This document shows, one piece after another, positions 1 to 8,593 of a stretch of 64,000 nucleotides of DNA. The number at the start of each line of letters is the position of its first letter. Within the stretch, counting starts at the first letter, position 1. Location of the stretch: NCBI GenBank assembly GCA_944324365.1, contig CALUWA010000006.1:1113-65112 (forward strand). Direction: 5' to 3'. This DNA comes from Candidatus Gastranaerophilales bacterium (GTDB lineage: Bacteria > Cyanobacteriota > Vampirovibrionia > Gastranaerophilales > Gastranaerophilaceae). Made by a program: the position numbers and the translations under genes. A model generated the notes under the pieces. It made no database searches. It worked only from the letters and a program-made list of their open reading frames with translations, and had not been told where the DNA came from.

Positions 1-630
1 TGCTATTGCTTCTTTAATTTTCAGCATTTCTGAGTAATGAAGTCCTTTGAAGGATGCATTTTGGCTGTTTTTAATATACTTTTTAAACTTCTCCTGTGTT
101 TTGAAATCAAAACCGGGAAGCTTCATATTCATTGAATACCAAAGATAAAATTCCCTAAGCAGCATATAGTAATCTGTTTGTTTGTCGCTTATGATGAACA
201 TCGGTTTGCTTTTAAATCCTATTCCTTGTCCGGTAAGAACATTTACGTAAATAGCTTTTATGCCGCAAAGTTCTGTGATAAATCCTGTGTGTTCGTTTAT
301 TTTTTGTAAAATTGTGTTTGCATTTTTTATTTTATAAACCTTTGTTCCTTGTGCTTCAATGTAATCAATTAATTTTTGCGGGTTGTTGCCTGTTGTTTTT
401 GTAATGTCTTTTACATTGTTTTTTATATTTTCTATGATCTCCAGGGTTTTGGAGTTTAAAGTCATTGTTTCCGTAGACGAGATAATTGTTTTTGATGTTG
501 AATTTGTAAACGTTTTTTTCAACATCTTTTCAAGAGTTTTAGCTCTCATTTTTAATGCAATTTTTATAAAGTATTCTTTCAGCTTTTTCATAAGACCCAG
601 TATAAACCATTCCGGCACAAAAGTTTTCAT
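1..630 (-). CDS. hypothetical protein, 3' end cut by window edge
   Basis: The minus-strand frame is open from ATG (630-628; MKTFVPEWFILGLMKKLKEYF...) to base 1, 210 codons with no stop. It is absent from the ORF track only because it lacks a stop in the window. No family recognised. Confidence 0.5.
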   Translation of the reverse strand, partial: MKTFVPEWFILGLMKKLKEYFIKIALKMRAKTLEKMLKKTFTNSTSKTIISSTETMTLNSKTLEIIENIKNNVKDITKTTGNNPQKLIDYIEAQGTKVYKIKNANTILQKINEHTGFITELCGIKAIYVNVLTGQGIGFKSKPMFIISDKQTDYYMLLREFYLWYSMNMKLPGFDFKTQEKFKKYIKNSQNASFKGLHYSEMLKIKEAIA

Positions 631-717
631 ACGTTGGATGTAATTTTAAATATTAAATTTGTATAAAGATTGTAAAAAATACACTTGCTTTTTGACAACG
701 TTTGCGCTAAAATGTGA

Positions 718-735
718 TTGTGAAATAATTCACGA
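718..735. promoter_or_regulatory. candidate Rex (redox repressor) operator upstream of adhE
   Basis: TTGTGAA-ATAA-TTCACGA inverted repeat about 90 nt upstream of the adhE ATG. It has one mismatch to the TTGTGAA-N4-TTCACAA Rex box. A TTGACA hexamer lies at 692-697. Confidence 0.5.
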
Positions 736-824
736 ATTTACATTTGTATATAAAATCCCCTGAAAGTATGGAATAGCAAAAGTTTTAATGATATAATCAA
801 TTTGTTATAAAAAGGAGAAAAATT

Positions 825-3503
825 ATGACAACAAAAAACAAAAAGACGGTCGATAATTTGGAAAAGGCTTTGAAAAGCTCTTCAAATTCCGTAGAGACTG
901 CCGAACAATTAGAGTTGCTTATTGAAAGAGTTAAGAAAGCTCAAAAGATTTATTCAACTTATACACAAGAACAGGTTGATGCGATATTCAAAGCTGCAGC
1001 AACTGCGGCTGATAAAGCTCGTATCCCGCTTGCAAGAATGGCTGTTGAAGAAACTGGTATGGGTGTTCTTGAAGATAAAATTATTAAGAACCACTTTGCA
1101 TCAGAATATATTTACAATAAACATAAACACGCTAAAACTTGCGGTATCATTAAAGAAGATAAAACAAACGGTATTAAAATTGTTGCTGAACCTCTCGGAG
1201 TTCTTGCAGGTATTGTTCCTACAACTAACCCGACTTCAACTGCAATTTTCAAAGCTTTAATTGCTTTAAAAACAAGAAACGCAATTATCTTTTCACCACA
1301 CCCAAGAGCAAAAAAATGTACAATTGAAGCTGCAAAAATAGTTTTAGAAGCTGCTGTAAAAGCAGGTGCTCCTGAAGATATTATCGGCTGGATTGACGTT
1401 CCTTCTATTGAGTTGTCAAGCCAGTTAATGCAGCACCCTTCAATTGCTTGTATCGTTGCTACAGGCGGCCCTGGAATGGTTAAGGCTGCTTATTCATCAG
1501 GCAACCCGGCACTTGGTGTAGGCCCTGGTAATGCTGCTGCTGTTATTGATGAAACCGCAGATATTAAAATGGCTGTTTCTTCAATTATTATGTCAAAAAC
1601 TTTTGATAACGGTATGATTTGTGCTTCAGAACAATCAGTTGTTGTTGTAGATAAAGTTTATGAAGAAGTTAAAAAAGAATTTATCTACAGAGGAGCTCAC
1701 TTGTTAACTCAGGCTGATGAAAAGAAATTAATTGCTCTTCCTTTCATTGACCCTAAACGCGGCACTGCTCATCCTGATATCGTTGGACAGACTGCTCACA
1801 GAATTGCAGAACTTGCAGGATTTGATGTTCCTCAAACTGCTAAACTTCTTCTTGCGGAAAGACCTTCAGTAGATTGGGAAGATCCGTTCTCAAGAGAAAA
1901 ATTGTCTCCGATATTGACGATGTATAAAGCAAAAGACTTTGAAGAAGCTGCAGAAATGGCTTATGAACTTGTTTCCAAAGGCGGTGCAGGCCATACAGCT
2001 GACTTGTATACTGATACACGTCGTCAGGAAAGAATTGACAGATATGCTGAAAAAATGCCGACTTGCAGAGTGTTGATTAACTCTCCATCTGCACAGGGCG
2101 GTATCGGTGATTTATATAACTTTAAACTTGAACCGTCACTTTCACTCGGCTGCGGTTCTTGGGGTAAAAACGCTGTTTCTGGTAACATCGGCGTTGAAAA
2201 CTTATTAAACTACAAGACAGTTGCAGAAAGGAGAGAAAATATGCTCTGGTTTAAGGTTCCGCCTAAAGTTTACTTCAAGAGAGGTTCAGTTGATTTAGCT
2301 CTCCGTGAACTTGAAGGCAAAAAACGTGCATTTATTGTAACCGACAGATTCTTATTTAACTCCGGTGCAGTTGATAGTATTGTTAATGTATTGGATGATA
2401 TCGGTATTGATCACCAAATCTTCTTTGATGTTAAACCGGATCCTACATTGTCTACAATCAGACAGGCTATGGAAATAATCAAACCGTACGAACCTGATGT
2501 AATTATCGCATTGGGCGGCGGTTCTCCGATGGATGCTGCTAAGATTATGTGGTTGATGTATGAACAGCCTGATACAGACTTCTCTGATATTTCTATGAGA
2601 TTTATGGATATCAGAAAGAGAATCTGCAGAATTCCTGAATTGGGTAAGAAGGCAACAATGGTTGCAATTCCTACAACATCAGGTACAGGTTCAGAAGTTA
2701 CTCCGTTTGCAATTATTACAGATGATGAAACTCACGTAAAATATGCAATCGCTGATTATGCATTAACTCCTAACATGGCTATCATTGACCCTAACTATGT
2801 TGATGGTATGCCAAAAGGATTAACAGCAGCTTCCGGTATTGATGCATTGGTTCACTCAACTGAAGCTTATGTATCATCAATGGCTACAAACTTTACAAAT
2901 TCAAATGCTTTGGAAGCTACAAAGTTAATCTTCAGATATCTTGAAAGATCATACAATGAAGGAGCTAACGATCCTGTTGCAAGAGAAAAAATGCATTACG
3001 CAGCAACAATAGCTGGTATGGCATTTGCAAACGCATTCTTGGGATTGTGCCACTCTATGGCTCACAAACTTGGTGCAATGTTCCACGTACCGCACGGTGT
3101 AGCTAACGCATTGTTATTCAGACAGGTTATCAAGTACAACGCTGTTGATTGTCCGAAAAAACAGGCAATCTTCCCGCAGTACAGATTCCCTAACGCTAAA
3201 GCTAAATATGCTCAAATCGCAGATGAGCTTGGTTTGGGCGGTAAGAATGATGATGAAAAAGTTGAATTATTCATAAAAGCTATTGAAGATTTAATGAAGA
3301 ATATCAACTTGCCATTCTCAATTAAAGAATTTGGTATTTCAGAAGCTGAATTCAATGAAAAATTGGATGAAATGGTTGAACTTGCATTTGACGATCAATG
3401 TACAGGTGCAAACCCGGCTTATCCGTTGATGGAAGATATTAAAGCTATCTACATCGATGCTTACAACGGTGTTGTAAGAGATTATTACAAGACTACAAAA
3501 TAG
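825..3503 (+). CDS. adhE: bifunctional acetaldehyde-CoA/alcohol dehydrogenase
   Basis: 892 aa. N-terminal aldehyde dehydrogenase domain (FDNGMICASEQS catalytic Cys region) fused to a C-terminal iron-containing alcohol dehydrogenase (GGGSPMDAAK; HSMAHKLG). SD is AAGGAG. Confidence 0.95.
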   Translation: MTTKNKKTVDNLEKALKSSSNSVETAEQLELLIERVKKAQKIYSTYTQEQVDAIFKAAATAADKARIPLARMAVEETGMGVLEDKIIKNHFASEYIYNKHKHAKTCGIIKEDKTNGIKIVAEPLGVLAGIVPTTNPTSTAIFKALIALKTRNAIIFSPHPRAKKCTIEAAKIVLEAAVKAGAPEDIIGWIDVPSIELSSQLMQHPSIACIVATGGPGMVKAAYSSGNPALGVGPGNAAAVIDETADIKMAVSSIIMSKTFDNGMICASEQSVVVVDKVYEEVKKEFIYRGAHLLTQADEKKLIALPFIDPKRGTAHPDIVGQTAHRIAELAGFDVPQTAKLLLAERPSVDWEDPFSREKLSPILTMYKAKDFEEAAEMAYELVSKGGAGHTADLYTDTRRQERIDRYAEKMPTCRVLINSPSAQGGIGDLYNFKLEPSLSLGCGSWGKNAVSGNIGVENLLNYKTVAERRENMLWFKVPPKVYFKRGSVDLALRELEGKKRAFIVTDRFLFNSGAVDSIVNVLDDIGIDHQIFFDVKPDPTLSTIRQAMEIIKPYEPDVIIALGGGSPMDAAKIMWLMYEQPDTDFSDISMRFMDIRKRICRIPELGKKATMVAIPTTSGTGSEVTPFAIITDDETHVKYAIADYALTPNMAIIDPNYVDGMPKGLTAASGIDALVHSTEAYVSSMATNFTNSNALEATKLIFRYLERSYNEGANDPVAREKMHYAATIAGMAFANAFLGLCHSMAHKLGAMFHVPHGVANALLFRQVIKYNAVDCPKKQAIFPQYRFPNAKAKYAQIADELGLGGKNDDEKVELFIKAIEDLMKNINLPFSIKEFGISEAEFNEKLDEMVELAFDDQCTGANPAYPLMEDIKAIYIDAYNGVVRDYYKTTK

Positions 3504-3521
3504 TTAATGTAAATAATAAGA

Positions 3522-3555
3522 AAAACCGCTCCGTATTCGGGGCGGTTTTCTTTTT
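3522..3555. terminator. bidirectional rho-independent terminator
   Basis: AAAACCGC-loop-GCGGTTTT hairpin followed by a T run, between convergent adhE and pilin-like A. Confidence 0.6.
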
Positions 3556-3562
3556 ACGGATA

Positions 3563-4720
3563 TTATTTCCAAGGATAGTCGTCTTTGAATGTCCAGCCGT
3601 CACCGGTGAATATTAGGAAACATAATGTAGGAAAGCCTCCGCCATAACTGGACTCTTTGCACATCTCTATAATATCATTTCTTGAAGATATATACATTCT
3701 TGGTAATCTCGGAATCTCAAATTTGCGATTTCCGGTGTTAAATACTGTGGCAATGTCAAAGACGTCACGGCCTACAATATTTGGGGCTTTTTGGCAATTA
3801 ACATCGGTTGTAAATGTTGCAAATTGGTTATTAGACCATAAAGTGATACAAGAGCCGTCTGCCAGTCTAAAGAATGCTCCTCTGGTAATTGAGCCGTCAT
3901 GAAAATATGCATCTTGCCCGTTAAAATTATATGCATGGTATGTATCTGTAAATTTATGAGCTCTGGCTCCGGATGTTCTCAGATACGGCATATAATATTT
4001 TTCTACAAATTCTGTTTGTGTAATTTTGGCCGGTATAGATTCGCCTGTATCCGGATCTGATGATGATATAGGCATATCCCAATATTCCATATCTCCGAAA
4101 TCTTTTACTGCCATTAAATGTGCGTTATATAAAAGAGAATATGTTCTTTTAAGTTGAGTAGCGGTAACAATTTTCTGGTACTTTGCTATAAGCATTGGCA
4201 TTGTCATAGCAGCGACAATACCGATAATGCCAAGGGTAATAAGAACTTCCGCAAGTGTGAAGGCTGCTTTTTCTTTTAGATCGCGGACAGGCTTACGCCT
4301 TCCGCGATGACATGCGGCAGGCAAGATGTACCATAGTTTGTCATCGCGTACTTCGTTGTGCGATCTTTTCTTCTGGATTGCTTCGCTAACTATCGGATTA
4401 TTCGGGTTGTCGCCGGAGTGACGTCCGGCTCCAACTTGCGGGCTGGGGCACTTCGTGCCACGGCACCCTTCCGAAAATCCGACCTCGCAATGACGCCTAA
4501 TGTCATCCTGAACTTGTTTCAGGATCTTACTACCATCGCAATGTGACAATTTGCTTTGGATACTCTTTTCCCGGATTGCTTCACTTCGTTCGCAATGACG
4601 TATGGTGTCATCCTTACAAAGCGAACCGCTGGTTACATTGTCATCCTGAGCGATAGCGAAGGATCTCTTATTTAATGAGATTCTTCGGGCTAAAGCCCTC
4701 AGAATGACAAAAGGCGTCAT
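3563..4720 (-). CDS. type IV pilin-like protein A (prepilin-type N-terminal methylation motif) with repeat-built extended leader
   Basis: KAA|FTLAEVLITLGIIGIVAAMTMP motif (F codon 4261-4259) followed by a 232-aa mature domain ending GDGWTFKDDYPWK; paralog of C. The N-terminal ~153 aa of the track ORF is a translation of palindromic repeats. The frame stays open upstream as far as the G tract at 4819-4830. True initiation is uncertain. Confidence 0.75.
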   Translation of the reverse strand: MTPFVILRALARRISLNKRSFAIAQDDNVTSGSLCKDDTIRHCERSEAIREKSIQSKLSHCDGSKILKQVQDDIRRHCEVGFSEGCRGTKCPSPQVGAGRHSGDNPNNPIVSEAIQKKRSHNEVRDDKLWYILPAACHRGRRKPVRDLKEKAAFTLAEVLITLGIIGIVAAMTMPMLIAKYQKIVTATQLKRTYSLLYNAHLMAVKDFGDMEYWDMPISSSDPDTGESIPAKITQTEFVEKYYMPYLRTSGARAHKFTDTYHAYNFNGQDAYFHDGSITRGAFFRLADGSCITLWSNNQFATFTTDVNCQKAPNIVGRDVFDIATVFNTGNRKFEIPRLPRMYISSRNDIIEMCKESSYGGGFPTLCFLIFTGDGWTFKDDYPWK

Positions 4721-4760
4721 TGCGAAACGCGAAGCGTTGAAGCAATCCAGAAAATTGCAA
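4270..4760. repeat. cluster of GC-rich GTCAT...ATGAC palindromic repeat modules inside the leader region of pilin-like A
   Basis: Modules seen: ATCGCGGA-N13-TCCGCGAT (4280-4308); GTCATCCTGAAC-TTG-TTTCAGGATC (4502-4526); GGATTGCTTC...GCAATGAC (~4573-4599); a 69-nt hairpin GTCATCCTGAGCG...CCCTCAGAATGAC (4640-4708); GTCATTGCGAAACGCGAAGCGTTGAAGCAATCC (~4716-4748). Homologous modules occur at 55562-55632 and 61012-61640. Confidence 0.85.
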
Positions 4761-4818
4761 TACCGGGTTTTAAAAGTGTCTAAAAGGCTGAAACTATCTC
4801 CAAAAGCGGAGAGTCTAG

Positions 4819-4830
4819 CCCCACCCCCCC
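4819..4830 (-). repeat. interrupted homopolymer (G7-T-G4 on coding strand) after the upstream ATG of pilin-like A
   Basis: Plus strand reads CCCC-A-CCCCCCC. It sits 14 codons after ATG 4871-4869 (SD GGAGG 4885-4881). As assembled, the frame stops at TAG 4817-4815. Confidence 0.9.
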
Positions 4831-4907
4831 TGGAGAATATAGGTATAATCAGTGTTTTCAGATTTTAACATTTGATATATCCTCCATAAATTCAAGTATC
4901 TGTTAAT

Positions 4908-4936
4908 ATTTTAACGTGTGTTTCTACATTTTTCAA
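4908..4936 (-). promoter_or_regulatory. sigma70-type promoter of pilin-like locus A
   Basis: Minus strand TTGAAA (4936-4931), 17-nt spacer, TAAAAT (4913-4908), about 35 nt upstream of ATG 4871. Near-identical module at locus C. Confidence 0.6.
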
Positions 4937-5029
4937 TATTAGATTTTTAATTAGCTCTCCAGATGTGTAATTGTATTTATAAAGTTTTGGTTTATGATAA
5001 TATTGTTTTTAAGATAAGGGAGAAATTTT

Positions 5030-5422
5030 ATGAAAAAAAATATTATCATAGTTTTGCTTGTATTGATTTTGCCGATTTTGGCATATATGTTCTTAAGTGC
5101 CGGGTCTGGCAGTGACATGGGGAGTGTAGATGCAAAAACTACAAAACCGCAGATTATAAAATTTACTTCTGCGATGTGTTTAGATTGCCAGACTATGAAT
5201 AAAATAATGAAAGAAATTTATCCGCAGTATCAGGATAGAATTGCCCTAACGGAAATCCATGTTCAGGATAATAAGCCGGAAACTCAGGATTGGATAAAAA
5301 AATACAATGTAACGCTTGTCCCTACGATTATTCTGATGAATTCACAAGGACAGCAGGTGCGTCGTATTGAAGGGGCTGTTGACAGAAATGTTTTTGAAGG
5401 ATACTTAAAGGAGCTTAAGTAA
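5030..5422 (+). CDS. thioredoxin-fold protein (TlpA/ResA-like), membrane-anchored
   Basis: N-terminal hydrophobic anchor and a CLDC (CxxC) motif in a thioredoxin-like context. Translationally coupled to ccdA. Confidence 0.75.
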   Translation: MKKNIIIVLLVLILPILAYMFLSAGSGSDMGSVDAKTTKPQIIKFTSAMCLDCQTMNKIMKEIYPQYQDRIALTEIHVQDNKPETQDWIKKYNVTLVPTIILMNSQGQQVRRIEGAVDRNVFEGYLKELK

Positions 5423-6126
5423 TGCTGAATTATGCGGATTTATTTACGGACGGAGCCAGTATTCCGCTTTTATATCTGATTTCTTTTCTCGGAGGCCTTG
5501 TCGCTTCAATATCGCCGTGTTCATTGGCTATGCTGCCTATAATTATAGGTTATGTAGGCGGATATTCCGATGCAAAGCCCTCAAAAACTTTTATGCAGCT
5601 TTTCTTTTTCATAATCGGTTCTGCAATTGTGTTTTCCGTGATTGGGATAATTTGTGCCGTGACCGGGAAAGTTTTTGTGTCATTTGCAGGAGGGTATTTT
5701 AGTGTAATTATCGCAAGTATTGTTTTAATTATGGGCTTAAAACTTGTCGGTGTGCTTGATTTTGAACTGCCTGTTTTAATAAAGGAAATGCCGAAAAACG
5801 ATGGTACCAGTAATTTTCTTTATCCGATTCTTTTAGGCGGTGTGGTGGCACTTGCGGGTACTCCCTGCTCAACTCCGATATTAGCTGCAATTATGGCTTT
5901 TGCCTCGCTTTCCGCAAGTCTGACCCAATCTGTCATTATGCTGTTTTTGTTCTCTTTGGGACAGGGTTTGATATTGGTGTTTGCCGGTGTTTTAACTTCG
6001 AAACTTAAAACCTGGAAAAATTTTTATAAGATTTCCGATTTGCTTTTGAAATTCAGCGGGATTTTATTAATATTAACGGCATTTTATATTTTTTATAAGA
6101 TTTTTGCGCCTCTGCTTGTAAAATAG
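5422..6126 (+). CDS. ccdA: cytochrome c biogenesis/thiol-disulfide transporter CcdA (DsbD transmembrane domain family)
   Basis: Polytopic membrane protein with the two conserved Cys motifs (ISPCSLAMLP and GTPCSTPIL). Start overlaps the upstream stop (TAATG). Confidence 0.85.
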   Translation: MLNYADLFTDGASIPLLYLISFLGGLVASISPCSLAMLPIIIGYVGGYSDAKPSKTFMQLFFFIIGSAIVFSVIGIICAVTGKVFVSFAGGYFSVIIASIVLIMGLKLVGVLDFELPVLIKEMPKNDGTSNFLYPILLGGVVALAGTPCSTPILAAIMAFASLSASLTQSVIMLFLFSLGQGLILVFAGVLTSKLKTWKNFYKISDLLLKFSGILLILTAFYIFYKIFAPLLVK

Positions 6127-6177
6127 TTCTCTATGTTGTAAAATAGGAATAGATTACAGGATATGTGGAGAAAATAA

Positions 6178-6636
6178 ATGAAAACTTATGAAGGTCAACT
6201 TGTTGTTAGTGATGAAAAATTTTGTATCGTAATTTCAAGATTTAACGATTTTATAGGGTCAAAACTATTGTCCGGAGCTGTTGATGAACTAAGACGCCAC
6301 GGTGTTAATCCGGATAATATTGATATAGTAAAGGTTCCTGGAGCTTTTGAAATTCCTCTTGCGGCATTGAAATTTGCAAAAACCGGCAGGTATAATGCAA
6401 TTATTACGCTTGGAGCAATTATAAAAGGTGCAACAGCTCATTTTGATTATGTAAGTGCGGAGTTGTCAAAAGGAATTGCACAAGTTGGGCTGCAGTGTGA
6501 AATCCCTGTTATCTTCGGGGTATTGACAACCGAAAATATTGAACAGGCTATTGAAAGAGCCGGAACAAAAGCCGGAAACAAAGGCTCAGAAGCTGCTAAA
6601 GCTGCGATTGAAATGGCTAATTTGATGAAATTATAA
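6178..6636 (+). CDS. ribH: 6,7-dimethyl-8-ribityllumazine synthase
   Basis: 152 aa; typical RibH sequence ([12 protein letters not shown]..., [15 protein letters not shown]). Confidence 0.92.
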   Translation: MKTYEGQLVVSDEKFCIVISRFNDFIGSKLLSGAVDELRRHGVNPDNIDIVKVPGAFEIPLAALKFAKTGRYNAIITLGAIIKGATAHFDYVSAELSKGIAQVGLQCEIPVIFGVLTTENIEQAIERAGTKAGNKGSEAAKAAIEMANLMKL

Positions 6637-6686
6637 ATAGTTTTCTGCAAGTAATTGGTGTTTATAAGTTATAAGGAGGTAGCGGC

Positions 6687-7580
6687 ATGAGTGACATTAT
6701 TACGGAATACAGAAATGAAAACACGAAGGATATTGATATCCTTCCTACTATTGAAATTGTCAGAAAGATGAACAATGAGGACAAACTTGTTGCTCTTGCT
6801 GTTGAGGATGAAGCGGAGCATATCGCTGATGCTATAGATTTAATCGCAAAGCAGTTTTTAAAAGGCGGCAGACTTTTCTATTTTGGAGCCGGAACATCTG
6901 GTCGTCTTGGTATTTTGGATGCTTCCGAATGTCCTCCGACATTCAGCGTTTCTCCGGATATGGTTCAGGGGATTATTGCAGGCGGTGACAGAGCAATGAG
7001 AAAGTCTGTTGAAGGTGCCGAGGATGATTTTGATCTTGGAAAAGAAGATGCAAAAGTTTTGACTGATAAAGATGTAGCGGTTGTGATTTCTGCAAGCGGC
7101 AACCCTAAATATTTGCTTGGCGTTCTTGCGCAGGCAGATGAAGTTAACTGTAAAACTATAGCTGTTACGTGTAATTCTAAAGGAAGGGTTGCGGAAGAAG
7201 CCGGGCTGGTGATTTGCGCAGAAGTAGGGCCGGAAGTTATCGCGGGCTCCAGCAGGCTGAAAGCCGGTACTGCACAAAAGATGATTTTGAATATGCTTAC
7301 AACCGGTTCTATGATAAAAATCGGTAAGACTTACGAAAACTTTATGATAGATTTGCAAGCAGTAAATGAAAAGCTAAAAGACAGAGCAATAAGAATTGTA
7401 GCACAGATTGCAGATGTAACACATAGTGAGGCCCTTGCAGCACTTTTGAAATGCAATTGGGAAATTAAAACTGCAATTGTTTCTATTATAATGAAAATGG
7501 ATGTTGATACCGCCAGGTCAGAATTAAAAAAACACGGCGGAGTATTAAGAAAATTGATTAAGACAAAACTTGCGGTATAG
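6687..7580 (+). CDS. murQ: N-acetylmuramic acid 6-phosphate etherase
   Basis: SIS-domain protein with GAGTSGRLGILDASECPPTF and the SSRLKAGTAQK motif typical of MurQ. Confidence 0.9.
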   Translation: MSDIITEYRNENTKDIDILPTIEIVRKMNNEDKLVALAVEDEAEHIADAIDLIAKQFLKGGRLFYFGAGTSGRLGILDASECPPTFSVSPDMVQGIIAGGDRAMRKSVEGAEDDFDLGKEDAKVLTDKDVAVVISASGNPKYLLGVLAQADEVNCKTIAVTCNSKGRVAEEAGLVICAEVGPEVIAGSSRLKAGTAQKMILNMLTTGSMIKIGKTYENFMIDLQAVNEKLKDRAIRIVAQIADVTHSEALAALLKCNWEIKTAIVSIIMKMDVDTARSELKKHGGVLRKLIKTKLAV

Positions 7581-7591
7581 GGAGAGAGAGA

Positions 7592-8593
7592 ATGAAATTA
7601 ACGGTATTAGGTGCAGGATGCTGGGGGCTGACATTAGCCTGGCTTTTGACTGATAATTTTGATGAAGTTACGGTTTGGGGCAGAGCGCAGGACTTGTCTG
7701 AAGATTTGATAAACAACAAACACGCCTCTAAGCCGCTTGAAGTTCAGTTGTCTGAGCATGTTGAGGTTACATCAAACCTTGAAAAAGCAATAGAAGGTGC
7801 TGATATTATATTATCGGTTGTAGCAACCTCAGGTGTAAGAGATGTTTGCGAGCACTTGAAAACAGCCGGAATTAAGCCAAATCAAATTCTGGTAAATGCC
7901 TCAAAGGGTATAGAACTTCCTTCCTTGATGAGAATGTCGGAAGTTATTAAAGAGGTTTTGCCTGAACAGAAGCTTGCAATTCTTTCGGGGCCTACATTGG
8001 CTAAAGAAGTTTTGGCGGGTAAACCTACTGCGGCTTGTGTTGCAAGTGATGATATGGCGGCTGCGGAATTCGTTCAGCATGCCTGCAATGTTCCAAACCG
8101 GTTCAGGTTGTATACAAACAGCGATGTTATAGGGGTTGAACTTGGCGGAAGTTTAAAAAACGTTATTGCTATTGCCTCCGGCTTTGCGCATGAGATGAAT
8201 TTAGGCGACAACTGCGCAGGAACCCTTCTTACACGCGGGATGGCTGAGATTGTGAGAGTCAGTATAAACCTTGGAGCGAATCCTTCGACATTATACGGGC
8301 TTTCCGGCATGGGTGATTTGATTGCGACTTGTTCCAGCCCGATGTCAAGAAATTATACAGTCGGTTCAATGCTTGCTAAGGGTAAGAAAGTCGATGATAT
8401 ATTAAAAGAGTTAGGCTCTGTGGCGGAAGGTGTAAAAACATCTAAAGCGATCTGTGAACTTGCAAAAAAACTCGGGATTGAGGTGCCGGTGTCGAATGCA
8501 ATATATGAAGCCGTTTACACGGATATTACACCGCAGGAGCTTTTGTCAAAATTAATGAACAGAAAGTTGAAAGAAGAAGAAAGATACGTTTAA
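7592..8593 (+). CDS. gpsA: NAD(P)H-dependent glycerol-3-phosphate dehydrogenase
   Basis: N-terminal GAGCWG Rossmann motif, GSLKNVIAIA and GDLIATC motifs. Confidence 0.92.
   Translation: MKLTVLGAGCWGLTLAWLLTDNFDEVTVWGRAQDLSEDLINNKHASKPLEVQLSEHVEVTSNLEKAIEGADIILSVVATSGVRDVCEHLKTAGIKPNQILVNASKGIELPSLMRMSEVIKEVLPEQKLAILSGPTLAKEVLAGKPTAACVASDDMAAAEFVQHACNVPNRFRLYTNSDVIGVELGGSLKNVIAIASGFAHEMNLGDNCAGTLLTRGMAEIVRVSINLGANPSTLYGLSGMGDLIATCSSPMSRNYTVGSMLAKGKKVDDILKELGSVAEGVKTSKAICELAKKLGIEVPVSNAIYEAVYTDITPQELLSKLMNRKLKEEERYV

Noticed and set aside
383-643. ORF-track CDS 383-643(+), 86 aa
   Set aside because: It is a hydrophobic low-complexity peptide with no SD. It lies entirely antisense to a longer, better minus-strand frame (630-1) that starts with ATG. 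I treat it as a shadow ORF.
4270-4760. CRISPR array interpretation of the clustered repeats (also 61012-61640)
   Set aside because: The repeats belong to several different families, are individually palindromic, are irregularly spaced and sometimes abut each other with no unique spacers of constant length. No cas genes or leader are present.
6127-6177. FMN riboswitch upstream of ribH
   Set aside because: The intergenic region is only about 50 nt and lacks the conserved FMN-element helices. ribH here is monocistronic-looking and probably not riboswitch-controlled at this site.
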